DNA from: Candidatus Colwellbacteria bacterium
GTDB taxonomy: Bacteria; Patescibacteriota; Minisyncoccia; UBA6257; Colwellbacteraceae
Direction of reading: 5' to 3'
DNA: 64,000 nt
Assembly (NCBI GenBank): GCA_016176525.1
Contig: JACOWZ010000003.1
Coordinates: 320,001 to 384,000, forward strand
Shown here: positions 1 to 8,811 of the stretch, in pieces
Layout of the letters: each line of letters begins with the position of its first letter
Numbering within the stretch: the first letter of the stretch is position 1
Made by a program: the position numbers and the translations under genes
The notes under the pieces: model-generated
Seen by the model: the letters and a program-made list of their open reading frames with translations, nothing else
Databases searched by the model: none
What the model was told of the DNA's origin: nothing

Positions 1-727
1 TCCATATATTGTATGTAGGGAGTATTAAGTAGTAAAAAAGCACAGGATGCAACAGTTGTCGGATTGTCCAAATGCGGCTGGGTAATTTTAGGGGAGCGGT
101 AAGTGTATTAATTTTTGCGGAGAGTTCACCTGAATTTGTAGTTATCATGCCGCCGAATACCGAAGAGATTACTTTATCCCGCCCAAAGCTGAATATTGCC
201 ATGTCTCCGAATGTGCCTAGTTTTTTGCCTTGATATTCTGCGCCAAGCGCATGTGCGCAGTCTTCTATTATTGGAATTCTGTGCTCGCGTGCAATTTCTA
301 AAATTTTATCCATCTGCGCGGGTATGCCGAATGTGTGCTGCACTATTATTGCGCGCGTTCGGTTGTTTATTTTTTTCTCTAAATCTTGAACAGAAATATT
401 AAAGTTGTTTTCATCAATATCCGCGTAAACCGGCGTGCCGCCTGTGGCAAGTATGGCATTTGGCACAGCAGTGCAGGTGTAGCTTTGTGTTATAACTTCG
501 TCACCTTGTTTCAGTTCCAGCGCAGAGAGCGCAATTTGCAGAGCCGCCCGCGCGCTGCGGAGTGCCCAAGCGTGCTTTGCCGGCAGGTATTTTCTGAACT
601 CTTCTTCCAGATGCGCGGTGGCATTTCCATACAGCCATTTCTTGGGGTTAAAAAGCAATTTCAGCGCCAACCCAGCATCGTCAGATTCTGTATTCGGCGA
701 TAGTCCAACAGTTATTGGCTTTGGCAT
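1..727 (-). CDS. DegT/DnrJ/EryC1/StrS-family PLP aminotransferase, 3'-partial (runs off window start)
   Basis: Reverse-strand translation MPKPITVGLSPNTE...GDEVITQSYTCTAVPNAILATGGTPVYADID...IEDCAHALGAEYQGKKLGTFGDMAIFSFGRDK, a typical DegT pattern. Not in the ORF track because it has no in-window stop. The start overlaps the downstream Mur-ligase gene. Confidence 0.65.
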   Translation of the reverse strand, partial: MPKPITVGLSPNTESDDAGLALKLLFNPKKWLYGNATAHLEEEFRKYLPAKHAWALRSARAALQIALSALELKQGDEVITQSYTCTAVPNAILATGGTPVYADIDENNFNISVQDLEKKINNRTRAIIVQHTFGIPAQMDKILEIAREHRIPIIEDCAHALGAEYQGKKLGTFGDMAIFSFGRDKVISSVFGGMITTNSGELSAKINTLTAPLKLPSRIWTIRQLLHPVLFYYLILPTYNIW

Positions 728-2286
728 AGTTCTTTTGTTATTTTTTCGCTGATTCTGCCTTCTAAAAGCACAACGTCGCCAGATTTTGTTTCGGAGAATA
801 TTCTTTCTACTGCTTCTTTTGGATTATTGATGTTGAAAATCTTATCTTTTTTATTCCCTGCACCCTCTAAAATATCTGCAAAGTAGTCGCTAGTTGTAAT
901 TATTGCCAAATCTGCAACCTCTGCAAGTTTTGCGCCAATTTCAAGGTGGGAGTCTTCTGCAGCGGACCCGAGTTCTATAATACAGGGCATTACAACAACT
1001 TTTTTAGTATCACTCCAAGATTTTAAGTAGTCTAGGTGGGCGAGTACGCCACTTGGGTTTGCAGAGTAAGTTGAGTCAATAATATTCAACTCGTTTTTGC
1101 CGCGCTTTAGCTCCATTGTTCTAGGGAATGGTTTTATCTCTGCAATCGCGGTTTTTATATCTTTTAGGTCTAGACCAAGGCGTTTTCCAACTTCAATCGC
1201 AAGCAGTATGTTCTCTGTATTCATTGCGCCCAGAAGTTTCGTTTCAATATTTATTGAGCCTATTGTAAAAGATGTGCCTTGCGGCTCAATGCGCATATTT
1301 TTTACTTCACCCGTTAACACTTTTGGAATATCTGCTTTTTTGTAGAGTTCTGCGGAGTATTTGTTTTTACTGTTAAATATTGCAAATCCGTCTTGCGGCA
1401 AACTTTCTAAGAGCTCTTCGCCGCCCTCGCCGCGGAGCAAGTTTTGCATATTACCGAATAGCGCCAAGTGTTGCTCGTTTGCGCCTACAAACACGCCTAT
1501 ATTCGGTTTTAAGAATTTGCAGATGGTTTTTATCTCACCTTTTTTATATGCGCCCATTTCGCATATAAAAATTTCATGTTTTTTAGACACATTTTTTAGT
1601 AAGAAGTTTGCTATGCCTATTTCGGAGTTTACATGCTCTGGCGTTTTTATAATTTTAAACTTTTTATCCAAAATCTTGGCGATGATTTCTTTTGTTGTTG
1701 TTTTGCCGTAGCTGCCTACAATGCCTATAACTTGCAGTTTTTTTAATTTTTTGCGTTTGTTCTTGGCTTGCGCAAATGCAATTTTACGCAAAATAATATT
1801 TAGGGGTTTTAATGCAAAAACAATTGTGAGAGTTATAAGCGGCATTAGAATATCTGCCCCTATAAGAGGTATTGCAAACCCCACAAATGTTCCCGCCTGC
1901 GCCGAGGCTTCGGCGGGCAGGTCGCTAAGAATATATGCGTAAATGAGTATTGAAATTTGCACACCGACTAGCGCCGCTATCAGAATCATTGTTTTTTGCG
2001 TTAAAGCTGGAATTTGTAGGGGGCGATATAGTGTCCCTGCAGCTTTTATTGCGTACCAGAAAATTATTAGTGTTGCTATTGCGGGCATTTGCCATATTGC
2101 GTAGATTAGCAATATGCCAACTGCGTTTACTATAGTCAGATTCACTGCAAGTTGTTTACCTGCACTAGTCAAAAAGTGTGCGGCCATGCGGTCTAGCCTG
2201 TATTCTTTGAGTTGCACAAAGTAAAGCCAGAAAAGGCTGGATTTTATAACTGCCATAAGCCAAAGTGCGCCGAAGAAAATAAACAT
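712..2286 (-). CDS. Mur-ligase-family protein (central + C-terminal domains) fused to an N-terminal polytopic membrane domain
   Basis: P-loop IGIVGSYGKTTTKE after ~170 aa of hydrophobic helices; Mur ligase middle/C domain pattern (DSTYSANP). Confidence 0.6.
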   Translation of the reverse strand: MFIFFGALWLMAVIKSSLFWLYFVQLKEYRLDRMAAHFLTSAGKQLAVNLTIVNAVGILLIYAIWQMPAIATLIIFWYAIKAAGTLYRPLQIPALTQKTMILIAALVGVQISILIYAYILSDLPAEASAQAGTFVGFAIPLIGADILMPLITLTIVFALKPLNIILRKIAFAQAKNKRKKLKKLQVIGIVGSYGKTTTKEIIAKILDKKFKIIKTPEHVNSEIGIANFLLKNVSKKHEIFICEMGAYKKGEIKTICKFLKPNIGVFVGANEQHLALFGNMQNLLRGEGGEELLESLPQDGFAIFNSKNKYSAELYKKADIPKVLTGEVKNMRIEPQGTSFTIGSINIETKLLGAMNTENILLAIEVGKRLGLDLKDIKTAIAEIKPFPRTMELKRGKNELNIIDSTYSANPSGVLAHLDYLKSWSDTKKVVVMPCIIELGSAAEDSHLEIGAKLAEVADLAIITTSDYFADILEGAGNKKDKIFNINNPKEAVERIFSETKSGDVVLLEGRISEKITKELCQSQ

Positions 2287-2991
2287 TTATTTTACAAAGT
2301 TAATAATTTTTTCTGCTAGAGTTTCGGGATATTCAAGGTTAAGTGCATGCCCTCCACCTTCTACGATTTCTAGTTTAGATCCTAGAATTTTATCTTTTAG
2401 TAGATTTGCATCTTTAATCGGAGTCATTTTATCTTTGTTTCCCCAAATTATTAGCGTTGGTGGTTTTATTTTGCTAAGTTCCGGGGTTAAGTCTTCTTTT
2501 ATTACATTTACGAAAGTGTCGCGCATAACACCGTCTGTTCGCAGATAATCGTTTTCACGGACTATAAACCTGTAAAAAAGTTTCCGTAGAATTTTAATTT
2601 TTGAAAGAGGCCAGCCAATTTTTGCAACCGCACCCAAGAATTTTTTGTATAGTGTTTTTTTGCGTTTTATGCGCGCTGCGGCAATAAGCACAAGTTTTTC
2701 TACAAGCTCCGGATGTTCTATAGCTAGCTTCATAGCAAGCCCTCCGCCGAATGAATGACCCACTACATAGAATGGAGTTTTAAGTTTTAAGTTTTTAGTA
2801 AAGTTTAAAACCCAGTTTAAGTAATCTTTTCCGGTCCAGGCGCGTGGCGGTGGAGGTTCGTCGCCAAACCCTGGCATATCCGGCACAAGCACATTAAAGC
2901 CTTTTTTAGATACTAAATTTGCAACCTTTTCCCAAGATTTTTTTGAACTTCCCCACCCGTGCAGAATAAGAATTGTTTTTTGGTTCGCCAC
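2287..2991 (-). CDS. alpha/beta hydrolase fold protein
   Basis: HGWGSS and GHSFGG nucleophile-elbow motifs; its stop abuts the start of the Mur-ligase gene (operon). Confidence 0.7.
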   Translation of the reverse strand: MANQKTILILHGWGSSKKSWEKVANLVSKKGFNVLVPDMPGFGDEPPPPRAWTGKDYLNWVLNFTKNLKLKTPFYVVGHSFGGGLAMKLAIEHPELVEKLVLIAAARIKRKKTLYKKFLGAVAKIGWPLSKIKILRKLFYRFIVRENDYLRTDGVMRDTFVNVIKEDLTPELSKIKPPTLIIWGNKDKMTPIKDANLLKDKILGSKLEIVEGGGHALNLEYPETLAEKIINFVK

Positions 2992-3013
2992 AGTATCTTA
3001 GTATAATCAATAA

Positions 3014-3751
3014 ATGGTTGTAGAGCCAATTAAAACAAGGGTTTTTAAAGAGAGTGAGAGCCTTGTTCCTTTTATAAAAAAGAATGTTCTGCGTTTGCCG
3101 GAGCGTTCTATTTTAGTGATAACACAGAAGATAGTTTCTTTGTCTGAAGGGCGCATACGCGAGCTAGAGAACGAGCGCACCCGCGACAAGATTATTAAAG
3201 AAGAGAGCGACCTTGCGATTAGAACAAAATATACTTGGCTTACAATAAAAGATGGCACAGTAATGTCTTCTGCTGGTGTTGATGAATCTAATGCAAACGG
3301 CAAACTTGTGCTTTTGCCGCGCGATAGTTTTGCAAGCGCCGCGCGCATTCGAAAAGAGTTGCAAAAAATCTACAAAGTTAAGCGTCTTGGGGTTTTGATA
3401 ACGGACAGCCGGCTTTTGCCGTTGCGTGCCGGAGTTGTGGGCGTTGCGCTGGGCTATGCGGGGTTTAAGGGCGTGCGCGACTATCGCGGCAAGCCCGATA
3501 TCTTTGGCCGCAAACTTAAGCTTTCTAGAACTGATGTTGCAGACAGCTTAGCTACAGCTGCGGTTTTAGAGATGGGGGAAGCCGCCGAACAGCAGCCGAT
3601 CGCGATTATAAAAAATGCGCAGGTTGAGTTTACCGAACGCGTAAACCGCAAGGAATTGCATATAGACCCAAAAGACGATGTCTACGCGCCGATGTTTAAA
3701 AAAGTTTTAGATATAAAATTTGAAAAAAAGAAAAAAACTGGTAAGTTGTAG
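3014..3751 (+). CDS. CofE-like (F420-0:gamma-glutamyl ligase family) protein
   Basis: LVITQKIVSLSEGR and GVLITDSR...GVALGYAG resemble the CofE/folylpolyglutamate-ligase-like fold. Confidence 0.5.
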   Translation: MVVEPIKTRVFKESESLVPFIKKNVLRLPERSILVITQKIVSLSEGRIRELENERTRDKIIKEESDLAIRTKYTWLTIKDGTVMSSAGVDESNANGKLVLLPRDSFASAARIRKELQKIYKVKRLGVLITDSRLLPLRAGVVGVALGYAGFKGVRDYRGKPDIFGRKLKLSRTDVADSLATAAVLEMGEAAEQQPIAIIKNAQVEFTERVNRKELHIDPKDDVYAPMFKKVLDIKFEKKKKTGKL

Positions 3752-3764
3752 CTGGTGAATTGTT

Positions 3765-5171
3765 GTGGAAACAAGCACTTTTACAGTAGAAAAAACAAAA
3801 ACACGTGACCAATACGACAGTCTCTCCCCGGTTGACTACAGGTACTGGGATGAAGAAGTAGCAAAGTATCTTTCTGAGAACGGGTTTACCCGCTACAAAC
3901 TCCTTGTGGAGCTTGCGCTTGTAAGAGTACTACATCGCCGCGGAATTTGTCCCGAAGCTGCAGTCAAAGAAGTTGAGGCCGCTTGCAGTCAAGTTACGAC
4001 CGCAGAAGTGTACGAGGAAGAAGACCGAATCCGACACGACATCCGTGCGCTCGTGAATCGTGTTCGTGCTAAAGTCAGTGATGCAACGAAGCCGTATGTC
4101 CACATGACGGCGACTTCGTACGACATAATTGATCCAGCGAATGCGGCTCGCTACAAAGATGCGGTACAAAACGTTCTCGTTCCTTCTCTTGTGAAGTTGG
4201 AGGGCGTGCTCATTAATACCGCACTTCGTGAAGCGAAGACTGTGCAGGTTGGCAGAACACATGGCCAGCATGCCGTTCCGATTACGTTTGGTTTCGCGCT
4301 TGCCGGATATATCAGCCGTCTCGGCGGCTCCATTGAAGCGCTGAAATCACTCGCGTTAGAACTCCCCGGAAAGTTTTCGGGAGCAGTTGGAGCGTACAAC
4401 GCTTCCTCGCTGTTCTTCGACGAACCCGAAAATTTCGAGACGGAAGTGCTCGCTGAGTTGGGGCTAACGCCGGCAGAACATTCGACGCAAATCGTACCGC
4501 CGGAGGCGTTGACTCGTCTCTTCTGCGAAGTAACGATTTCGGCGGGCGTACTTGCTAACTTGTCGGACGACATGCGGAATCTACAGCGTACAGAAATCGG
4601 AGAAGTGGGCGAAGAGTTTGAAGCAGCGCAAGTCGGTTCCTCGACTATGCCGCAGAAGCGCAACCCCATCAACTTCGAGAACGCAAAGAGCTGCTGGAAA
4701 ATCGTTGCGCCGCGAATCGTAACGGTGTTCATGGATCAAATAAGCGAGCATCAGCGCGACCTTACTAATTCTGCCTCCGCGCGGACATATGGCGAGGTTG
4801 TCGCTTATGTGGTTTCAACCGCAAAGCGGCTGGCACGCACGATGAAGAAGCTCACCGTTGATCGCGGCAACTTGGAGCGCAACCTTGCCATGCAAAAGGG
4901 CTTGGTAGTTGCGGAGCCGCTCTACATTGTTCTCGCCGCGTTGGGGCATCCCGACGCACACGAGAAGGTGCGGATACTCACGCTTCAAGCGCAAAGCGAA
5001 GCGCGACCACTCGAAGAAGTTGTGGTCGAAGATGCAGAGATGCAGGACTATCTTAAAAAGATGACGCCGTATCAACGGGGGATTCTCTCGAACCCGTCTC
5101 TTTATACGGGCATCGCCGCCAAAAAAGCAAAGGCGGTTGCGGAAAGATGGAAGCAAAAACTAGGGGTCTAG
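3765..5171 (+). CDS. purB: fumarate-lyase superfamily enzyme, adenylosuccinate-lyase-like
   Basis: Lyase_1 signature GSSTMPQKRNP; 468 aa; GTG start. Confidence 0.6.
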   Translation: METSTFTVEKTKTRDQYDSLSPVDYRYWDEEVAKYLSENGFTRYKLLVELALVRVLHRRGICPEAAVKEVEAACSQVTTAEVYEEEDRIRHDIRALVNRVRAKVSDATKPYVHMTATSYDIIDPANAARYKDAVQNVLVPSLVKLEGVLINTALREAKTVQVGRTHGQHAVPITFGFALAGYISRLGGSIEALKSLALELPGKFSGAVGAYNASSLFFDEPENFETEVLAELGLTPAEHSTQIVPPEALTRLFCEVTISAGVLANLSDDMRNLQRTEIGEVGEEFEAAQVGSSTMPQKRNPINFENAKSCWKIVAPRIVTVFMDQISEHQRDLTNSASARTYGEVVAYVVSTAKRLARTMKKLTVDRGNLERNLAMQKGLVVAEPLYIVLAALGHPDAHEKVRILTLQAQSEARPLEEVVVEDAEMQDYLKKMTPYQRGILSNPSLYTGIAAKKAKAVAERWKQKLGV

Positions 5172-5179
5172 TCCAACCC

Positions 5180-5220
5180 ACGGGCGTTGTCATTTATTCG
5201 GCAACGCCCTTTTTATTTTT
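5180..5220 (+). terminator. rho-independent terminator after the lyase gene
   Basis: GGGCGTTG..CAACGCCC hairpin followed by TTTTTATTTTT. Confidence 0.5.
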
Positions 5221-5221
5221 G

Positions 5222-5292
5222 AGCGGGATACGGGAATCGAACCCGTGCCATGACTTTGGAAAAGTCATGTACTGCCATTATACTAATCCCGC
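5222..5292 (-). tRNA. tRNA-Trp (anticodon CCA)
   Basis: Cloverleaf GCGGGAT/ATCCCGC acceptor, anticodon stem GACTT/AAGTC with loop TTCCAAA, T-arm GGTTCGATTCC. Confidence 0.8.
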
Positions 5293-5329
5293 AGAAACTT
5301 TATTATGGTTAATTGTTATTTGTTAATTG

Positions 5330-5515
5330 TCAATTGTTATCGCGTGGCGGTGGGCTAGTGGGGCCTTTTACGCTCGGTGGGCTTGTTGGGCCGCCTTCGG
5401 TGGGCGGGCCTTCGGTTGGGCCGGTTGGCGCCTCTGTGCGCTCTTGTGAAAGTATTAATACTCCCAAAATCACTACAGCTACTATTATAATTACCGCCCA
5501 AATTTTTTTGGTCAT
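5330..5515 (-). CDS. small membrane-anchored Pro/Thr-rich protein (hypothetical)
   Basis: 61-aa ORF between two tRNAs; N-terminal TM helix then a PTGPTEGPP repeat. Low confidence that it is real. Confidence 0.3.
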   Translation of the reverse strand: MTKKIWAVIIIVAVVILGVLILSQERTEAPTGPTEGPPTEGGPTSPPSVKGPTSPPPRDNN

Positions 5516-5517
5516 TG

Positions 5518-5589
5518 TGCTCCCGTGAGGAATCGAACCTCAATTACAAGATCCGCAATCTTGCGTCCTATCCGTTGAACGACGGGAGC
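5518..5589 (-). tRNA. tRNA-Arg (anticodon read as GCG)
   Basis: Acceptor GCTCCCG/CGGGAGC, anticodon stem CAAGA/TCTTG with loop TTGCGGA, T-arm GGTTCGATTCC. Confidence 0.7.
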
Positions 5590-5855
5590 TATTTACTTGC
5601 TATCTTAAGATAGCCGTCTTTAATGATCTTTTCAAGATAATCTTTTCTCTTAAACTTCTTTAACCTTTTCTCTAGTTGTCTTGCCTCAGAAATTGTTGCT
5701 AGCTTTTGTGCAAAAACCAAAGTTGTTGCTTTTATATTATTAGTTGCGCGTCCATAACCCGCTTTGTGCTGTTTCAATCTACGATTTATATTAGCGGTGC
5801 TTCCGATGTAAAATTTCCCTTTATTGCCTTGGAGTATGTATACAAACCCACTCAT
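5589..5855 (-). CDS. GIY-YIG nuclease-domain protein (small)
   Basis: GFVYILQGNKGKFYIGSTANINRRLKQH matches the GIY-YIG motif; directly abuts tRNA-Arg. Confidence 0.7.
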   Translation of the reverse strand: MSGFVYILQGNKGKFYIGSTANINRRLKQHKAGYGRATNNIKATTLVFAQKLATISEARQLEKRLKKFKRKDYLEKIIKDGYLKIASK

Positions 5856-5934
5856 TTTCTTATCCGCTCCGACGATCTTCGATGTCGGAGTAAATTGAAC
5901 GACTTGCCCCGACCGAAGCGTCGGGGCGGGAGCT

Positions 5935-6386
5935 TTATATCTTTAAGAATTTCCCGAGTGTGTCCAGTATTGACACCTCATATTCTACCTCTTTGATTAA
6001 ATTATTCAATCGGGCGCGGATTTTCGCAGATTCTTTAATAGGTATTTTTATCGGCAGCTGGAATTTGCCGACTGGAGTAAAGGTTAAAAAACTTCTATTC
6101 CCTTCTTCGTATATTGAATAACTTTCTATATCTTTATAGTTCCACTTTTTGTGACTTAGGCTTATGCCTGTGCCATCTACCAAGAGTGTTATTAGGTTTG
6201 GCTTGCGCGCGGCGCGCATTTCTAAAACAATCCAAATTACAAACATAAGCGCCGAGAATGTGTAATTTGAAGTCATATATCCTAATACAATAAGCAAGAT
6301 TGCCTCTACGCCGATAAAAGCGTGCCACCAGATGCCTTTTGTACGATATTCAAACTCCGGAACCAACATCTCAACGTCTTCCATAT
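5935..6386 (-). CDS. hypothetical 2-TM membrane protein
   Basis: The track ORF 5935-6756 overlaps the PfkB gene; the likely start is the internal Met (MEDVEMLVPEF...). It is divergent from the PfkB gene. Confidence 0.4.
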
Positions 6387-6403
6387 AATGTATACTATAT
6401 AAT

Positions 6404-7423
6404 ATGTTTGATGTTATCGCGATAGGTTCAACAACGCACGACTCCTTTTTTAAAACGGATTTTAAGACTATTGATTGGAACACGCCGAGCAAAAAGGCAA
6501 TGATATTGCCGCTTGGCGAGAAAATCGGTGTGGAAGAAGTTTTTTCAACTTCCGGCGGCAATGCCGCAAACGCGGCTGTTACTTTTGCTCGCCACAAACT
6601 AAAAATTGCTCTTTTTACCCGTGTTGGCATAGATCCATTAAGCGAAGAAGTTATAAAGTTTTTAAGAGGCGAGAAAATTAATGTTAAGTTTGTTGCACGT
6701 TCAGAGAAACTTCCAGGCGCGCGCTCTGTGCTTTTTTTGCAAGACGGCGAGCGCACAATAATAAGCCACCACGGGGCAATAGATGAATTCTCGGAGCATG
6801 ATATAAATTTCTCCGAATTAGATAGTAAGTGGCTGTATATGTCTTTTCCAGGGAATTCTTACAAGATGTGTACCCGCCTTTTGAACCATGCGAATAAGAA
6901 TAAAATTTTAACGGCTCTTAACCCGAGCTACAAACAACTTACAGAAGGGAAGTCTGAGCTTCTAAAAAATCTGCCTAAACTTGATGTGCTTTTTGTAAAC
7001 GATGGCGAGGCGGCAACCTTAGTTGATGTTCCATTTACACACCATAAGGCGGTTTTTAGGCGCATAGACGAGCTTATGTCGCCTGGGATTGTTGTTGTAA
7101 CTTTAGGCAAAAAAGGTGTTATGGTTTCCGACGGTAAACAAATTTACAAAGCGGGGGTTTTCCCAGAGCGCGAGGTTGCAGACCGCACAGGTGCGGGCGA
7201 TGCATTTGGCTCCGGTTTTATAGCGGGTTTAATTGATGCTGCAAAAAAGAGTGGGAGTGATGAGTTTACGCCCGAGAATATAAAACACGCAATTACATTT
7301 GCTTCGGCAAATGCAACTTCGGTGGTAGAGTACGTTGGCGCGACACCGGGAATTTTACGGAAAGATGATTTTGAAAAATCATCTCGTTGGAAAGAATTTA
7401 AAATAGAAATAAACGATGCTTGA
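6404..7423 (+). CDS. PfkB-family carbohydrate kinase
   Basis: C-terminal signature DRTGAGDAFGSGFIAGL; N-terminal IGSTTHD. Confidence 0.75.
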   Translation: MFDVIAIGSTTHDSFFKTDFKTIDWNTPSKKAMILPLGEKIGVEEVFSTSGGNAANAAVTFARHKLKIALFTRVGIDPLSEEVIKFLRGEKINVKFVARSEKLPGARSVLFLQDGERTIISHHGAIDEFSEHDINFSELDSKWLYMSFPGNSYKMCTRLLNHANKNKILTALNPSYKQLTEGKSELLKNLPKLDVLFVNDGEAATLVDVPFTHHKAVFRRIDELMSPGIVVVTLGKKGVMVSDGKQIYKAGVFPEREVADRTGAGDAFGSGFIAGLIDAAKKSGSDEFTPENIKHAITFASANATSVVEYVGATPGILRKDDFEKSSRWKEFKIEINDA

Positions 7424-8684
7424 CCATCATTTAGAAAAATTAGCGGGAATCTTAAGGGTTGATAAAGCTTTGTTTCGCGAGCTTGAAGAAAAGCTCTCCG
7501 AACGCACAGGCAAACCGCATGCTATAGATAAAATTGCCGAAGAAAACGACAAAATTATATCCGACCGGCTAATGCGCCTTGGCCTAAACCGCAACTCTTC
7601 TGCAAAAGAAGTGTACGACGCGATTATTTCAAAGATTGAGTCAGATGATAAAAGTCTTTTTAAGGCTATTGGTTTATCAAACCAAGAGGGTAAGGCGGCG
7701 GCGGACAAAATATGCCAATTTGTAACAAAGATTTCTCCGCTAAAGAAAGGATTTTTCCTTAAAAAAGAAAAAGCGCGTGAGTTTTTGGTAAATGTCCCGC
7801 CAAAAAAGATAATGGAATCTCTTGGATATACGAATGTTGAAGAGATGTTGAACAAAGAAGATTTAATGGAAGTTTTTGCAGCTCTGCGTTTTTTGGAAGA
7901 CGGCGAGTGGTTAAATACTATCTTTTTCAAACAATACGAGCTTTTGTCAGCGCATGATTTTGAAGAGCGTCCGATTGAGGTGCGCGCGTTAAACGAAAAG
8001 TGGGCTAAGGCGGCGGAGAAATTTATGATGAAGAAGCACCACAATGTTAGCCACTTAAAAGAGCTTGGAATGATTTTTGTAATTCCAACTTTTTCAGACA
8101 CTTCTGGTGAAACCCTGCGTCTTTTAAGCCTTTTGATGCACTATTTCCACGAGGTTAAATACTATTCGGATTTGTTTGAAGTGTTTAAAAAAGAATCCGG
8201 TTTTGCGCTTAGCGTAATATCGCTTTTGCGCGGCGATGTTGCAGAAGAGCGCGGGTTCTTAAAACCCGAGGATGTAGGCGGCACAAGATTTTTGATAGTG
8301 CAAAGATATTTGGCAAAGGCAGACGAATATGACTGGCGCTTGTTCGTGCCCCATATTAACCCGGAGGCAATGCATTGGGCGAGGGCAGAGAAAGATATTG
8401 TAAATATTTCCAAAGCGGTGCCGGAATTTGAGGGTGGGTTGGATTTTTGGGAAGGTTTAGATTGGGTTGGGGACTACTTTGTAACCGAGAGCGGGCAGAG
8501 AGTGCTTGTTAGTTTTGATTTGGTAGACGCGGTTATGAGTTTGGTAAAACGTGGGGAGCTTACAAAGTATTTGTACCACCACCAAGAGGCGCTTTGGAAT
8601 AAAATATTTACAGAATATTTCGGCGAAGAAATGATGATTAAATCAATTCAAGAGAATATCGTAAGAGGATGGTTTGAAGTATAA
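7416..8684 (+). CDS. hypothetical protein
   Basis: 422-aa ORF overlapping the PfkB stop by 8 nt; no recognised motif. Confidence 0.45.
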   Translation: MLDHHLEKLAGILRVDKALFRELEEKLSERTGKPHAIDKIAEENDKIISDRLMRLGLNRNSSAKEVYDAIISKIESDDKSLFKAIGLSNQEGKAAADKICQFVTKISPLKKGFFLKKEKAREFLVNVPPKKIMESLGYTNVEEMLNKEDLMEVFAALRFLEDGEWLNTIFFKQYELLSAHDFEERPIEVRALNEKWAKAAEKFMMKKHHNVSHLKELGMIFVIPTFSDTSGETLRLLSLLMHYFHEVKYYSDLFEVFKKESGFALSVISLLRGDVAEERGFLKPEDVGGTRFLIVQRYLAKADEYDWRLFVPHINPEAMHWARAEKDIVNISKAVPEFEGGLDFWEGLDWVGDYFVTESGQRVLVSFDLVDAVMSLVKRGELTKYLYHHQEALWNKIFTEYFGEEMMIKSIQENIVRGWFEV

Positions 8685-8811
8685 ATTTACAATGCAAATT
8701 TATACTTTAATTTCTAATTTCTAAGTCCTAATTTCTAACCAAGATCTAATTACTTAATACTTAAATAAATAAAACTTCAATAGAAATTAATACTTAAGTC
8801 TTAAAACTTAC

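Noticed and set aside
196-703. Plus-strand track ORFs 196-402 and 386-703
   Set aside because: Both lie antisense inside a well-supported minus-strand DegT aminotransferase reading frame and have no motifs of their own.
4151-5156. Minus-strand ORFs inside the lyase gene
   Set aside because: Antisense to a gene carrying the GSSTMPQKRNP lyase signature.
5935-6756. 273-aa minus-strand ORF extending through 6404-6756
   Set aside because: Its 5' part runs antisense to the strongly supported PfkB kinase gene; only the 3' ~150 codons from an internal Met (to 6386) form a plausible gene.
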